From: Octopus vulgaris
Lineage: Eukaryota
Length of the DNA: 64,000 nucleotides
Assembly (NCBI GenBank): GCA_951406725.2
Contig: OX597817.1
Coordinates: 88,536,001 to 88,600,000 of the forward strand
Reading direction: 5' to 3'
Below the pieces are notes generated by a model that saw nothing but the letters and a program-made list of their open reading frames with translations, had not been told where the DNA came from and did not search any database. The position numbers were made by a program, and so were the translations under genes. Of the stretch, positions 36,741 to 50,502 are shown in pieces (position 1 is the stretch's first letter; the number at the start of each line of letters is the position of its first letter).

Positions 36741-39700
36741 GTAAGATTGATGTTTGCTTTAATTTTTTTTTCTTTATATTCTAGTAAGAAAAACTCTTTT
36801 ACAGTTACAACACCTCCTTTGTACAAGAAGTTAGTTTGTTGATTTATAGTTCATATTTTATATGATCCATTGCATGATAAGTATGTATGGAATAGATTCT
36901 GAAGTGGCTGGTTGGTTCCTCTGTCATTTACTTCTTGTGTTTCTTTTTAAAGGATTCAAAATTATGAATACTTTGACTGACTTCTATTTAAAAAGAAAAA
37001 AATACCAAAATGTTTGGTTTGAGCTACGCTATCTTTTATTTTTTTAAAATTTTCCAGTCATTGGACTGTGGCCATGCTGGAGCACTACTTTGATCAGTTT
37101 ATTTTAGTCGAACAAATCTATTCCAGAACTTATTTTTCTAAAACAAGGTACATATTCTACCAGTCTCTTTTGCTGAAATAAGTTATGGAGACATAAACAA
37201 ACCAACAATGATTGTTAAGCACATAGATACATACATATATAAACACACACACACACACACAAGATCTAAAATAAGGATGGAGAATTGTACATGTATACAA
37301 GATATTCTCTTTAAATCTCTGTCCAATATGTGTTTCAACTGTGTAGGTATCCTAGGTTGTGGTATCCAGTAGCATCCTGTTGTTTCAGTCGCATTATGAC
37401 TTCATCCAAGTTGAAGGTGTTACTATTACAGGTCATTGAAGCAAACTGAAGTATAAGGGATTTTGATGGTCTTATTCTATGTATATCTTTGGTGGAGGAT
37501 ACATGTGTTTAGCAAAGGTAGTTGAGAAATACAATATGGTTGTAAAGATTATTATGATTTAACCCTAGAGTGACACTAATGTTTTAAAGGGTTATCTCGA
37601 AAGAGTTTAGTAGTCATGAAAGTGCAAACTAGGTCAAAGTGTGCTTGCTCATTGGCTGCAAACGATATAGACAGATAGAACTTCCAGGACAAATAGATAC
37701 GTTAAGATTGGTTATGTTAGTAAGAAATTACATAGGAGATGCAAAAATTTATTTCTAGTAACCAGGGAAAGGGGTTCATATTATGTTAGTTACAATATAA
37801 CTATAGTACAGCTATAAATATAGTCTAGTTGATGACCCTGAGCAGTCGTCCCATGCCACAGTGGTGAACCCAAGTTAGAACATGCATCTACGGCCATTTT
37901 CCTTCACCACGTGCAGTTTTCTCCTAATGGCAATGTCAAGATGTATCTGTGTGTTCGTCACACATGAACTTTTTCTTTTCAGACTGTATAAACTCTTCTT
38001 CATAGACTTTTCATCTTTTTGTTTGCATTTTTTTTTCTCTCTGTTTTGCTCCATTTATTTCAGTATGTTGCATTTATTTGCTATGTTATGTTTGTACATG
38101 CCTATATTGTTATATTTCATTTATTCACACGCATTCACTCAACATAATGACACATTACACAACATATAACATATGTGGGTTATTCTAACTGAAAATTTTT
38201 CTCAAGCCTTTTCTCATCCGGCAAAAGCTGTTTTGCATGTTATGACATGCGTTTTCTTCACTGGTTTGTAGGATGCACACACCACCTCTTATCAATGCAT
38301 TTTTCTTGGCTTCACATAGCATTCCTTGCATTTTTTCATGCATTTTCTTCTTTTGGTGCCTGATCAACACCAAATTTCTTGCATGTTGGAACTTCTTTCT
38401 TTTGCCACTACCTTCATGACCTGACTTGCTTTGCTAGTATTTTGTATTGCCTCTCCTGTGAGATTTTTGCCCAGCTTCTATTAGTTACTGTCACTTTTCT
38501 AGCACCTACTGCCTTTGCCACTGCAAATGACTCTCTGTTTTGCAGGCAAATTCTTAGCTGTGCTCATTCTCACAGCAGCCAATATTCTTCTCTCATGTAA
38601 CTTGATTTTTTGTATTCCCATGATTTCCACTTAGCTAGATGTAAGTTAACCATGCTTGCACATCAAGTTTTGCTGACTACATGACCTTGTTCATCTCTCT
38701 TTGGGCTTTAGACTCTCATAAGACCAACTCAGAGGTCAGGCAGTATTACGATAGTTCTTTCATACTCTTTTGCATTACTCATTTGAAGCACAGTGCTCTC
38801 ACACTTATTTCATTATCCATCTTTCCATGCTACATTTCTTTCGTTTGTATTGTTCATTTGTATCATTTATTTTGCCTACCAGTTTATTCTTTGAGGGTGG
38901 CTCTGTAGCATGTCTGCATTAGCTTAAGTTAAAACATGCATTTTTGGATCTTAGGGTAGGTTCAAACGACACTGTTGGTTTACAGCTCTACTCAGTCTGT
39001 GATTGGCTGAATTAACAAGCTCCTTCGGACAGGTATTCTCTGCTATACCCGATTGTCACTTATATAGTGTAGCCTGCTGCCATGTTTGATGGAGTTCCTT
39101 TCAGTTCCTGGTCTTGTTTTTCTAAAGGACTCCTGGCATGTAGTTTTGTTCTATCACATTAAAGCAGACCTTATTCTTCATCCACATGCACTGACAGAAT
39201 AGACCAAACTCAATGTCGTTATCTCAAGCTATCTAGAAACACTTCTATCAAGTCTTCTTTTTATATATACAAAGCATAACTAATGTCTTCACATGTTCCT
39301 TCATAGACATTTCACACAAACACTGCACATCTCTATACAGAACTCTATGCAAGGCAATTCATGTGTAACTCACTACTACAATTAAAACTTTTAATCTTAA
39401 AGTGAGTTGTTATTGTATATCATCACCGTTGAATGAACACATGAATACTGTTAACGATGTCTGTCTGTTGCACATGACTATCAACAACTCCGTTGCCGAT
39501 ATCGTCATCTTCAACCAGCATGGAGTCAACCTAACGTGAGAACAACTTCTGTCAAACTAATAACTAATGAACTATGTTAAGGTGGTGGTATTCCACTAAC
39601 CGTTACACTGGTGACCTTCAGCGAACCATTATCACATACAGCAAACCATACTTTGCTAGATCCTACTAAATATTTTTACTAAGTATTTTAGTAAATATTT

Positions 39701-40343
39701 TATGTAGGAAATATTAAGCATGAAAAGGAATTAGTAACTGTTGAAGTCCAGACTAGGTCAAGAAAAGAATCACCCACAAACCAAGAACTTTAATGATAAA
39801 TATATATATTATGAGGAATTAATAAATTTATGAATTGAAGATCAAGAAATAATTGAGTAACGGTATGGGAGGAAGGGTAAAAATTACTACTAGATTATTA
39901 AAGGATAACTGCACTAAATCTCGTTTTTAGATTTGGTTTGCAAGATTCTTTATATGAGTGTGTGTGTGGAAGCATATTCTGTTGTGTCTGGGGAGGGTCA
40001 TTTTCTTTTTGGGCCTTATAACGTAGTAAATCTACAAACTTTGCTCAGGTAAATTTTGAAGAGTCTCTTATGTAAGTAATGTCTTAATAAAAATTTTTAT
40101 TGGGGAAACATTTGAACACTATTTTGAGATAATGCAAGCATTCTAGAGCTAATTCTTGACTATTATTCAATAATTTGTGTTTAGAGGTAAAGATGTGGAA
40201 AATTTCTTCCAAACATGAATTTCATTTTCTATTCCTAGTTATATAAGGTAACACCCTACGTATTATTTGCCATTTAGTATCAAATTTTGTGTTTTTATCT
40301 TTTAAGGACCATATAAATCCTACTAAAGCTGATGCTATACATA

Positions 40344-41558
40344 CAAGGGTTGGCTGAAAAGTTCATAGGCTGACCAAATGAGGTTTATTTTTCATCATAC
40401 ACCCCTTGTGGTCCACACATTGGTGTTGCAGCACTTGGATCCCATTGGTGAAGAAGCTTTCATCCTGTTGCTCAAGAAAGTCATCAACAGCAGCTATAAC
40501 ATAATCATCCCTGCAATACTGGTTCCCAACCAAATGTTTTCTCATATTGGAGAACAGAGGATAGTCAGATGAGGCCAAATCAAGAGTATAGGGAGGCTGA
40601 TCAACCAGTTCAAAGCCACAGTCATGCTCAGCAGCCATTGAAACCAAGGACTTGTGTGCAGGATCATTGCCCTGATGAAACACGACCCCTTCCATCAGTT
40701 TTCCTGGGTATTTGGTCTTGATAGCCCTTTGTAACTGCCTCAGCAAGTTGGCACAGTACTCTCCATTGATGGTGTGACCCTTTTCAAGATAGTCAATAAA
40801 CACAATGCCTTTTGCATCACAAAAAACTGAGGCCATTGCCTTCCCTGTAGATGAAAAGACCTTGGCCTTCTTTGGAGCAGGTGAGGAGGGGTGTTTCCAT
40901 TGCATGGATTGTCTCATTGTCTCTGACTCAAAGTGATGAACCCAAAGCTCATCCTGGGTTAGGAAATGTTCAAAGAAACCAACTAAATCTGTTACAAACA
41001 ATGTCAGATTTTCCCATGATATGATCAGCCATGTACTTTTGATCAGGTCTCAGAAGACATGGCACCCACCCAACAGAAACCTTCATTAGGCCAAGTTCCT
41101 TATGCAGAATATTCTTAACTCTCTCACAAGATATACTAATGCCATTGGCTATTTGATTTATAGTCAATTGCCTATCATCTGTCACCATGTGATGAACACA
41201 TGCAATATTTTCCTCAGTTGTGACAGTTGCAGGATGTCCAGACCTTAGGTCATCTTAATGACTCCCTGCTCCTCCTAAATTCAGCTGCCCACTTTTGCGT
41301 TGTTGATAAAGCTGGACCATCTTCCTCTAATATAACAACTATGTTGGCATGTTGAGTGCTATACCACAATGCTAAATTTTGTTGATTTTCAAGAGAAGCC
41401 TCTACTAGTCACTTTTGAAATCTTTGAACAATCAGATGTCAGTTTAGGTGGAAAGAAACAATACAATTGTTAATAAGAAACATTGAAATTAATGGATGTA
41501 AGATTTTGCAGCTTCAGCAATACTCCTTCATATTCAGGCTATTAACTTTTTAATCCAC
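40344..41558 (-). mobile_element. Degenerate mariner transposon
   Basis: WVPCLL, TQDELWVHHFE, YTLDLASSDYPLF; TIR ta|caagggttggctgaaaagttcataggctg with a decayed complement at ~41535-41558. Confidence 0.9.
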
Positions 41559-41631
41559 AAATAAATAAGTCAACATTTTAATATCCTAAACTTGATGAAC
41601 CGACTAATGTGCTTCTCCATTTTCTTATTTG

Positions 41632-41700
<69 letters not shown>

Positions 41701-42024
41701 ATATTTCAGGATGGTCATTTTCCTTTTGTCAAATAAACACACACTGTATATTCAGTCTTCACTCATTTATTTCTGTTCTTATTTTTATCTTATGTCCATT
41801 GTCTGGAAATCTTTTGTCACATATCTATGACCTCTTCAATGACCTTTTCTGTCCAAATGTATTCTCCCACTCTGCTTGGTCCATTCACCACTTAATCCAT
41901 TCTCTGCTTAGTACATGTCTTTATTTGGCAAAAAAAAAAAAAATGACCACCCCAAAATATAACAATATCTGTTTCAACACACAGTTTCACATCAGGAATC
42001 TTGCAACACATATTCATAAATGTG

Positions 42025-42071
<47 letters not shown>

Positions 42072-42075
<4 letters not shown>

Positions 42076-42890
42076 TCATCATCATCATCTAACGTGTGTG
42101 GTTGGACAGTTTGACTGAGGTCTGGAGAGCCAGTGGCAGCAACAGGCTCCAATCTGATCTGGTAATGTGTCTACAGCTGGATGCCCTTCCTAATGCCAAC
42201 CACTCCGAGAGTGTAGTGGGTGCTTTTTACATTCCATTGGTACAGGAGCCAGTCAGGTGGGCCTGGCATTGATCACATCCAGTAACTACTTTTTACATGC
42301 TACTGGCGTGGGGGCCAGTCAAGGGGTATGGGCATCGGCCAGGCTTGGTTGGTGCTTTTTACATGCCACTGGCACCAGAGCCAGTCATGGGGTACTGTCA
42401 TCAGCCATGTTTGGATGGTGCTTTTTACATGCCACCAGCACAGGAGCCAGTCAGGCAAACCTAGCATCAACCACATTTGGATGGTGCTTTTTACATGCCA
42501 CCGGCACAGAGGCCAGTCAAGTGGTCCTAGTGTCAATCATGTTTGGATAGTGCCTTTTATGTGCCTCCAGGATGGGAACCAGTCAGTGGGTACTGGCATT
42601 TGCCACGTTTGGATGGTGCCTTTTACATACCACTGGCATGGGAGCCACAGCTATGATATTGGTTTTACTTGACTTAACAGGTCTTCTCAGGCATATCATA
42701 TAGCACAATGCATCAGGAATACTCTTAACTAGGCCGGATATGCGTGGCTGTGATCTCACTTTAGTTGCTGGGTCTTCTCAATCACAGCATATCTCCAAAG
42801 GTCTCGGTCTCCTGTCATTGCCTTTATGAGGCCCAATTATCAATGGTCATGCTTCACCACCTCATCCCATGTCTTCCTGAGTCTACCTCA
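42072..42890 (-). mobile_element. RTE 3' end carrying an expanded ~63-bp minisatellite
   Basis: (CAT)n tail, RTE 3' UTR, about 7 copies of ggtgctttttacatgccactggcac..gccagtca, and the last RT codons at ~42780-42890. Confidence 0.85.
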
Positions 42891-43245
42891 TATATATATA
42901 TGATGATGATGATGATGATGAAGACACATGGCTTGGTAGTTAGGGTATTTGGCCCACAGTTATAAGGTCATGACTTCAATTCCTGGTGGCACATGTGTCC
43001 TTGAACAAGACACTTTATTTCACATTGCTCCTGTCCAGTCAGCTGGTAAGAATGAGTTGTCCCTGTAATTCAAAGGTCTGGTCATGTCCCATTCTGTGTC
43101 ATGCTGAATCTCTTGAGAACTATGTTAAGGTTTCATGTGTCTGTGTAGTACTCAGCCACTTGCATGTTAATTTCAGGAGCGAGCTGTTCTGTTGATCAGA
43201 TCAACTGGAGCACATATTATAACCAACAGAGTGCCAGTTGTGTAT

Positions 43246-43283
<38 letters not shown>

Positions 43284-43878
43284 CTAGCTCTTTAAGAAAA
43301 TTTCTATTAGAAATGAAAGCAGTGTTTATGCTGAGAAGTAATGTTTATTGCCACATAAATGTGAGTGTTCTATAAAAACAGACAATACTACTATTTTAAC
43401 TCCAGGAGGATGCCTCCTTCAGCTGGTTATTCAACATACTTCACACTCAATATATATTGTAAGTGGGGAGAGTACTCCCTACTAATCTAGCACTGAGATC
43501 ACCTGATAATGTGATTTCAACCTCATTTTGATAATCTTCAGTGATAGGTACTCAACTGCTTGACATTGCAGCAGTTCACTCCAGCTTGCAATATATAGAA
43601 AAACAGTGCCACACATCCACTAGGTTTGCAGTTAGCAAGATTTTGCAGCTCCAGCATCACTGGGTTTGCAATTAGCAAACGATATGAACTTTCACATCAC
43701 ATCTTCATTTCAAGATCTTCCTTCCATTTTTGCAGACCTTGCAACAAATGAGAGAAAAATATTGCATGAGCACTGCACTGCCCTAAGAGATTTTTTTTAT
43801 AAAATGTCCCCTTATGTTCCATTGTACATTACAAACTTCACTTTCAGTAAAATTATTTTGTTTCTTTTGTTATTTTAG

Positions 43879-43929
43879 AAGCGAATTTTTGCAAATGACC
43901 CACCTGATGTTGAAGCTGTCAAATTGAAG
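43879..43929 (+). CDS. CFAP54: CFAP54 exon, 51 nt, phase 0-0 (KRIFANDPPDVEAVKLK)
   Basis: tttcttttgttattttag| acceptor, AAG|gtaagt donor. Confidence 0.85.
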
Positions 43930-44002
43930 GTAAGTTAAAAAAAATATATACACTGCTTTTTCTTCATCTCTCATCATTTTGGAGTTGTTCCATTAGGTAT
44001 CT

Positions 44003-44042
44003 GATACTGATGAGAGTGTAAATAACATGAAATGCATATATC
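44003..44042 (+). ncRNA. Decayed minimal type I hammerhead-like motif
   Basis: GAUA-CUGAUGA-gagUGUaaauaACAu-GAAA-UGCA-UA-UAUC; 4-bp helix I, palindromic helix III. Confidence 0.35.
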
Positions 44043-44691
44043 TGTTCATAAGGAGCATTCTGAATGGCTTTGGTGTTTTTCACTTTTTGTTTAAAGTGTG
44101 AATTTTTCTTCTTGACAAATTGCAGTGAAAATAGCCATTTTGCAGGTGAAATATGTTACAAACGTATTTGAACTGATCTAAAAGTTTATTTGTTTTTCCA
44201 CTTTGTAAAGCTTTCTTAAGGATAAATGGAGACTGAACTTCACTCTGATCTGCACAGATGCATAAAGATATGTGTAAAGGTTAGAACATGCAAATCTAGA
44301 ATTCATTATTTACAAGTGTATATTTAACATTAAATGCCATGCAAAAATTTCTTAGATTTTTTTTCAAGATAATCTTTTCTATTTATTGAGTATTATTAAA
44401 ATTATGAAAGTGGGGAGCTGGCAGAATCATTAGCATACCAGACAAAATTCTTAGCAACATTTCTTCTGGCTGTATGTTCTGAGTTCATTGCTGAGGTCTA
44501 CTTTGCCTTTCATCTTTTAAGAGTCAAAAACATAAGTACCATTTGAACACTGGGGTTGATGTATTTGACCTATCCCTCTCCTCCAAAATTTCAGGCCTTG
44601 AGCCTATAGTAGAAAGAATTATTAATATTATAAACTTTAATATATTTGTGTGGTAGTTCATCAACTTGTATGTTTTATTGTTTATCTCCAG

Positions 44692-44796
44692 GCCTTATCG
44701 GTTCTCACTAAATTTGTACCTAAATGTGTCAAGAACTATCTGAATAGAAAGCATACCAGACAAGTCCTGGAAAAAGAACTACCATATAAATGTCAG
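44692..44796 (+). CDS. CFAP54: CFAP54 exon, 105 nt, phase 0-0 (ALSVLTKFVPKCVKNYLNRKHTRQVLEKELPYKCQ)
   Basis: tatctccag| acceptor, CAG|gtgagc donor; similar to CFAP54 RQ..EEMPWRAQ. Confidence 0.9.
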
Positions 44797-46295
44797 GTGA
44801 GCAACATCATCATGATCATCATCATCATCATCACCACCACCACTATCATCATCATCATTTAATGTCTGTCTTCCATGCTGACATAGGTTGGATGGTTTGA
44901 CAGGATCCAACAACCTAGAGGACCTTGAAATCCAATGTCAATTTTGACATGGTTTCTATAGATGGATGTCTTTTCTAACACCAACCCCTTTACAGAGTGT
45001 TATCTGGGTGCTTTTTTTGTGGCACTGACCACAAGTGAAGTAACTTGCAAGACAAAGAAAAAGACCCCTTGACTGAGTGAGATTGTTGTTGAGAGGGAGG
45101 TGGCTTTATGCCAGATGTTGAGAAGTTAAAGTATGACTGAGGGACAGGCCCAGGAGATACATGGCTGCATAACATTATTCAAGGGTGAGTGGGAATAGCT
45201 GGGAAGAAGACAGTGATGGTAGGATGACGATCTCATAAAACATTGTGCCATAGAGTTATTTCCAATGAATTTCTTTTCAGTTAGTAAATTTGTAGCAAGT
45301 TAGATCACCCTTATCAGTGTAGTTATGGTAGTGAATTATATTGTCAAATTCTTGGATTGCTTTACATTTACCACACACACACTCTTACACACAAGACTAC
45401 AAAGTAAAACTGATTGATTAACTGAATGACTAATCAAAAACATTGGTCAGTTAATTGGTTAACCAATTGAGGAATAATAAAGAGGTGAAATAGAACTAGT
45501 GAATGTGTTTTGTATTGGCATAATAACCTTGCTAAGATACAATAAAAACTGTTTCAACACACAGATTCACATCAAGAATCTTACAATCCAAATACACCAA
45601 TAAAACTTATTCAAAATGGAATTTTAAAAGAAGCAAGCCTCAATGAAATGTTGGAAAGAATGAACAAATAATAAAAGATGTCAGATCAGTGACTGAAGAG
45701 TCAGAAGTTTTAATTCTTATGGTTCACTGAGCAATAAGCAGTGTCTTTGAGACAATTGTATGGTTGTTAAGGATCATGATTAAATCTGAAGTTGGTAATA
45801 ACAATGAATTTGTTGCAAGTGAAATTATTCCAGCTCAGCAGGGAGTGTGTAGCTGCAATGATCTTGCTGGTCTCAGAGGGCCATGGGCACAGCAATTCTT
45901 TCAGAACAAGCCAATAAGAATGAAAAGAGAAAAGTACTGGAAACTAAAGATTTAAATATGCTGTGAATGTAGCTTTTCTGTGTTAGTTTTTAATAAACTT
46001 TATTAACATGTCATCATTGTTATTTCACTCCAGGTCAGCTCTGATTGTGAAAGCTTATGATCAAAAGTATTCTTGCTATAACTATTTTGCCTTTTCTCAT
46101 TCTCTGTGTGTGTGTGTGTGTGTGCCTGTGTAGACAAAGAGAGGTAATTATGCAGATAAACAAATTAGATATATCAAATATATTAAATATGTTAGTTTAT
46201 GTATGAAATACTAATATGTATATATGTATGCATGCAAAATGAGAGAAAGCAAAAAGTGGAGACTTTCAGATGATAAATTTTTAATTATAAATATG

Positions 46296-46452
46296 AGTGG
46301 CTGAATGGTATGTAGCTTGCTTACCAACCACATGGTTCCGGTTTCAGTCCCACTGCGTGGCATCTTGGGCAAGTGTTTTCTACTATAGCCTCGAGCCGAC
46401 CAAAGCCTTGTGAGTGGATTTGGTAGACGGAAACTGAAAGAAGCCCGTCGTA

Positions 46453-46495
<43 letters not shown>

Positions 46496-46941
46496 GTGTG
46501 TGTGTGTGTGTTTGTGTGTGTTTGTCCCCCCAACATCACTTGACAACCAATGCTGGTGCGTTTATGTCCCCGTCACTTAGTGGTTCAGCAAAGGAGACCG
46601 ATAGAGTAAGTACTAGGCTTACAAAGAATAAGTCCTGGGGTTGATTTGCTCGACTAAAGGCGGTGCTCCAGGATGGCCACAGTCAAATGACTGAAACAAA
46701 TAAAAGAGTAAAGAGATATCTATATTAATCTGTATACACACAGCCACACACTTACAGGCATGACTTGGCACAAGAACTGTTATGTGGTTGAGAAGTTTGC
46801 TTCCAAACCAAATTGTTTCAGGTTCAGTCCCACTACATGGCACCTTAGACATGCGTCTTCTACTATATTCCCAGATGAACAGAATCCTTGTGAGTGGATT
46901 TTGATGGACATAAAACTAAGAGAGGCTCATTGTATGTATGT

Positions 46942-46978
<37 letters not shown>

Positions 46979-47380
46979 AACCACATGGTTCTGGGTTCAG
47001 TCCCATTGCATGGCACCTTGGACAAGTATCTTCTACTATAGCCACAGGCCAACCAAAGTCTTGTGAATGGATTTGGTAGATAGAAACTGAAAGAAGCCCA
47101 TCTTATACACAAACACACACACACACACACATACATATTTATGTATATATCTATGTGTATGTGTCTTCATGCCTGTGTTTGTTCCACATCACCACTTGAT
47201 AGCTAGTGTTGATGTGATTATGTCCCCATAACTTAATGGTTCGGCAAAAGAGACTGATAGAATAAGTACTAGGCTTTAAAAAATATAATAAGTCCTGGGG
47301 TCGATTTGTTCAACTAAAACTCTTCAAGGCAGTTCCCCCGAATGGCTGCAGTCAAGTGACTGAAACAAGTAAAAGAGATA
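46296..47380 (+). mobile_element. Cluster of SINEs with (TG)n/(TA)n spacers
   Basis: Repeated ggttcagtcccactgcgtggca..tagacggaaactgaaagaagcc and caaaagagactgatagaataagtact..aaaagag units. Confidence 0.85.
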
Positions 47381-49351
47381 TTTACAGGCCTACAATATGA
47401 TATTAGAATAGATAACCCAATACATGTTGAAGAGCTTATTCATTTAACTGAAGCCAAAAATTCACTCTCTTAACTCTGAGCCTCACTTGATGAATTATTG
47501 CTAAATAGATTGTCAAGATCATGAAACTGGGAGTTAGTAAGTATGTATGGGTAAGAAGCCTGCTTCACAACCATGTGGTCTTGGGTTTATCTCCACTGTG
47601 TGGAACCTTGGTTAAGTATCTTCTACTACAGCCTCAAGCTGACCAAAGCTTTGTGGATGAATTTGCCAGATGGAAACTGTAATGAGACCAGTTATTCATA
47701 GGAAAGAACTCAATACACAGGAATCCCACTTAGAACTTTCCCTCAGAAAGCAGCCCCCACAATGACAGGAAACTATGCACACTAGCCAACTACCTGTTCT
47801 ATAACACAGCCAGGTGCCTGTGCACTACATAATATATAAAATACAATGCTCTAAATGCATCATCTTTGGAAACATATTGTGAAGTATGTGAACACCAACA
47901 AGTTCATAGCTTCCACTGCCTTGGTCACAGAATGCAATGTAGGGAATCTATGAATTATTGAAGTGGTCCTAATTAAACAGCACAAACTGACAATACACAA
48001 GAATTGGCCAAATGACTAATTTAACCAGAACATTGCTATTGCTGCTGCTAACACCAGCAGCAGCAGCAGTAGCAGCAGCAGCACCACCATCACCACCACT
48101 ACTAACAACACATCTGTCTCTGCTGTAACTTATACCAGCTTTAACAACTACAGTGGTTCTAACTTGACTTAATGCTGCTCTTCTGCTACTACTACTATGA
48201 CATTTGTTGAGGATGAGATTTGGCCAGTTTGCTCTCTTCAGTTTTTAACTGATGTGAAGAAATATTAAATGAAAGTTTAAAATTTTCTCTGATCATTCTC
48301 TGCATATCATACATTCTTCTCTGAGGATCTGGTTGGGATGATGGCTCGTGTTGGTTGGCCACATGGTCATGGTGGATAAGGAGGTTTCTTGCTGAGATGA
48401 AGACTGACTGGTACAATGCTGAGAGGGTTACCACAGAGAACCAAAGTAAATACCAACAGTTTCTACCATTGATGAAGCAATGATAACTCAAACAATACCA
48501 CCTCCTCACAGTCTTTATTGAGAGTTATTTACTTTTTACTTGCTGAGTCTGGAGGAACTGGCATTGCCTAAGACCTTTGTAAGTTTTCCAAGACTGGTGA
48601 TTTTGATGTTGTTAATGTTCCATTTAAATTGTTGCAATTCAACAGATGCAGGAAGGACATGAATGAACAGGGACAAGATTCCAGTCGGTCAATGTTCTGG
48701 GGAGAAAGGGCTGGGAAAAGCAGTTAGTGTCAGCCCAGGGAGGAGTGGACACAACAGAAGTAATTAGAGGTTGAGAGATAATTGGATCAGGTGTGCCTAA
48801 ATGGAGGAGGTACAAGACCAGCCAACTCTAAGGAACAAACACTATTATAGTAGTGACAGAAAAGACAGAGAGAAGAGACAGTTTGCCTGTGAGCATGAGG
48901 CTAGAGTATGTGTGTTAGTGATTTATTGTCAATCAGTTGAGTGACCCTTCTCTGGATACAGTTTTGGATGTCTGTCTGCATAGCAGCTGTTCTATCTCAG
49001 ATGTGGACCTCCCTTGAGCTTTGTCAGCAACTATTGGAGACTGACATATTTTCTGGACCTGAAGAATTAGTCTTTGCTACTCACACTCACATCTGCAGGA
49101 TCAATTTCACCATTCATAGAGGGCCTGTTGCCAACTTCCTTTTGACTAAAATCATAAAATGAAAATCTTATATCTCTGCTCAGAGCAAACAACACTATTC
49201 TAGTACTCATGTTCTATAGAAACAGATGTGAATGAATAGAATTGAACGTGGCTATAATATATTTCCTCTTTTCACGCATTTTTGGTTTTTTATTTACCTT
49301 TACTTTTGTGTAATAAATTACCTAATTAACATAATGCTCTATGATTTTCAG

Positions 49352-49446
49352 CTCAACATGTTGCAAGCTATTGCACTATTTAATTCCTTATTGGATAAGT
49401 ATGAACAATATCTAAGAATTCAAACCAATGTGACAACTGAAAACTT
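49352..49446 (+). CDS. CFAP54: CFAP54 exon, 95 nt, phase 0-2 (LNMLQAIALFNSLLDKYEQYLRIQTNVTTEN)
   Basis: attttcag| acceptor, TT|gtaagt donor; continues the homology. Confidence 0.9.
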
Positions 49447-50502
49447 GTAAGTACCAGCTAAAATATAAAACATTGCAATTATGAAATTCTTTTGATCAAA
49501 TCATTGCTGTCTGCTTTATTTACTCTGGACAGATAAAAGGCAAACACAGAGTTGGCAATATCTTAACCCAGAATAAACATTTCATTGAAAACTACATATT
49601 TTGAGCTGATGCTTACTTGTGTCAACCACCTCTACTGTAATAAATATTAATTACAAATATAAACTGCACAATTAATTGTTAAAAGTCAATTAATATGTGC
49701 AGAACAGATCTTAAGAAATCATAAACAATAACAAGAAAGTATTATCAAGAAATAATTATCTAGTACTTCTGTTCTCTTAACAATAACAAATATTGATTTC
49801 TTACAATGATATATGGGTAAGTTTCCCAAAGAAGAGCTGAATTTGATTTATTTGACCACAATATATCAATAATAATATTGGTATTTAGTTTATTGATTCT
49901 GGGCAACTGAAAATTCAAAATCAAACCATTTGGTAGTTTTGATTTTAAATATGAAACAAAACTAAGTCCTGAAATGCATTAAATCCATTTTTCCAGTATT
50001 TTGGCTAACCTGCCAGATACAGATTAATAATTAATAATTATATAAAATAGGATTTGAATATATATTAATAATGTTTAAACAACTGAAGATTTTTGTTTCT
50101 ATATAACATTGATAGTTAATCTTTGTTTTAAAATAATAATAACCATGCAAATGTTTCCTAATTGAATATAACCTAGTTATATACAATTTATTTATTCATA
50201 TGTTTTAAAGCATCTTACGTAATTATTTTGTACTCTTATGGTTAAATCTACACTTCATGATAATTAACTTATGTGAAGAAGCTAATATAAGTTATGAACA
50301 TATAGAGCTGACTGAAAAAATCAAACATTGAAGCTCAAGGAGATCCAACTGGATTAGAATAGCTGGCCTTTACTTGATTAAAGTTTATAACTGCAAAATA
50401 TTTTTAATATTAGTTTATATGAAAGCTGGTGAGCTGGCAGAATTATTAGCATTCCAGACACAATGCTATGTGGCATTTCATCCATCTTTATATTGTGGGT
50501 TC

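Noticed and set aside
39662-39708. AT-rich imperfect hairpin
   Set aside because: Short and low-complexity; expected by chance at this base composition.
42215-42660. Regularly spaced repeats resembling a CRISPR array
   Set aside because: The intervening segments are homologous to each other, the context is a eukaryotic RTE 3' UTR, and no cas genes are present.
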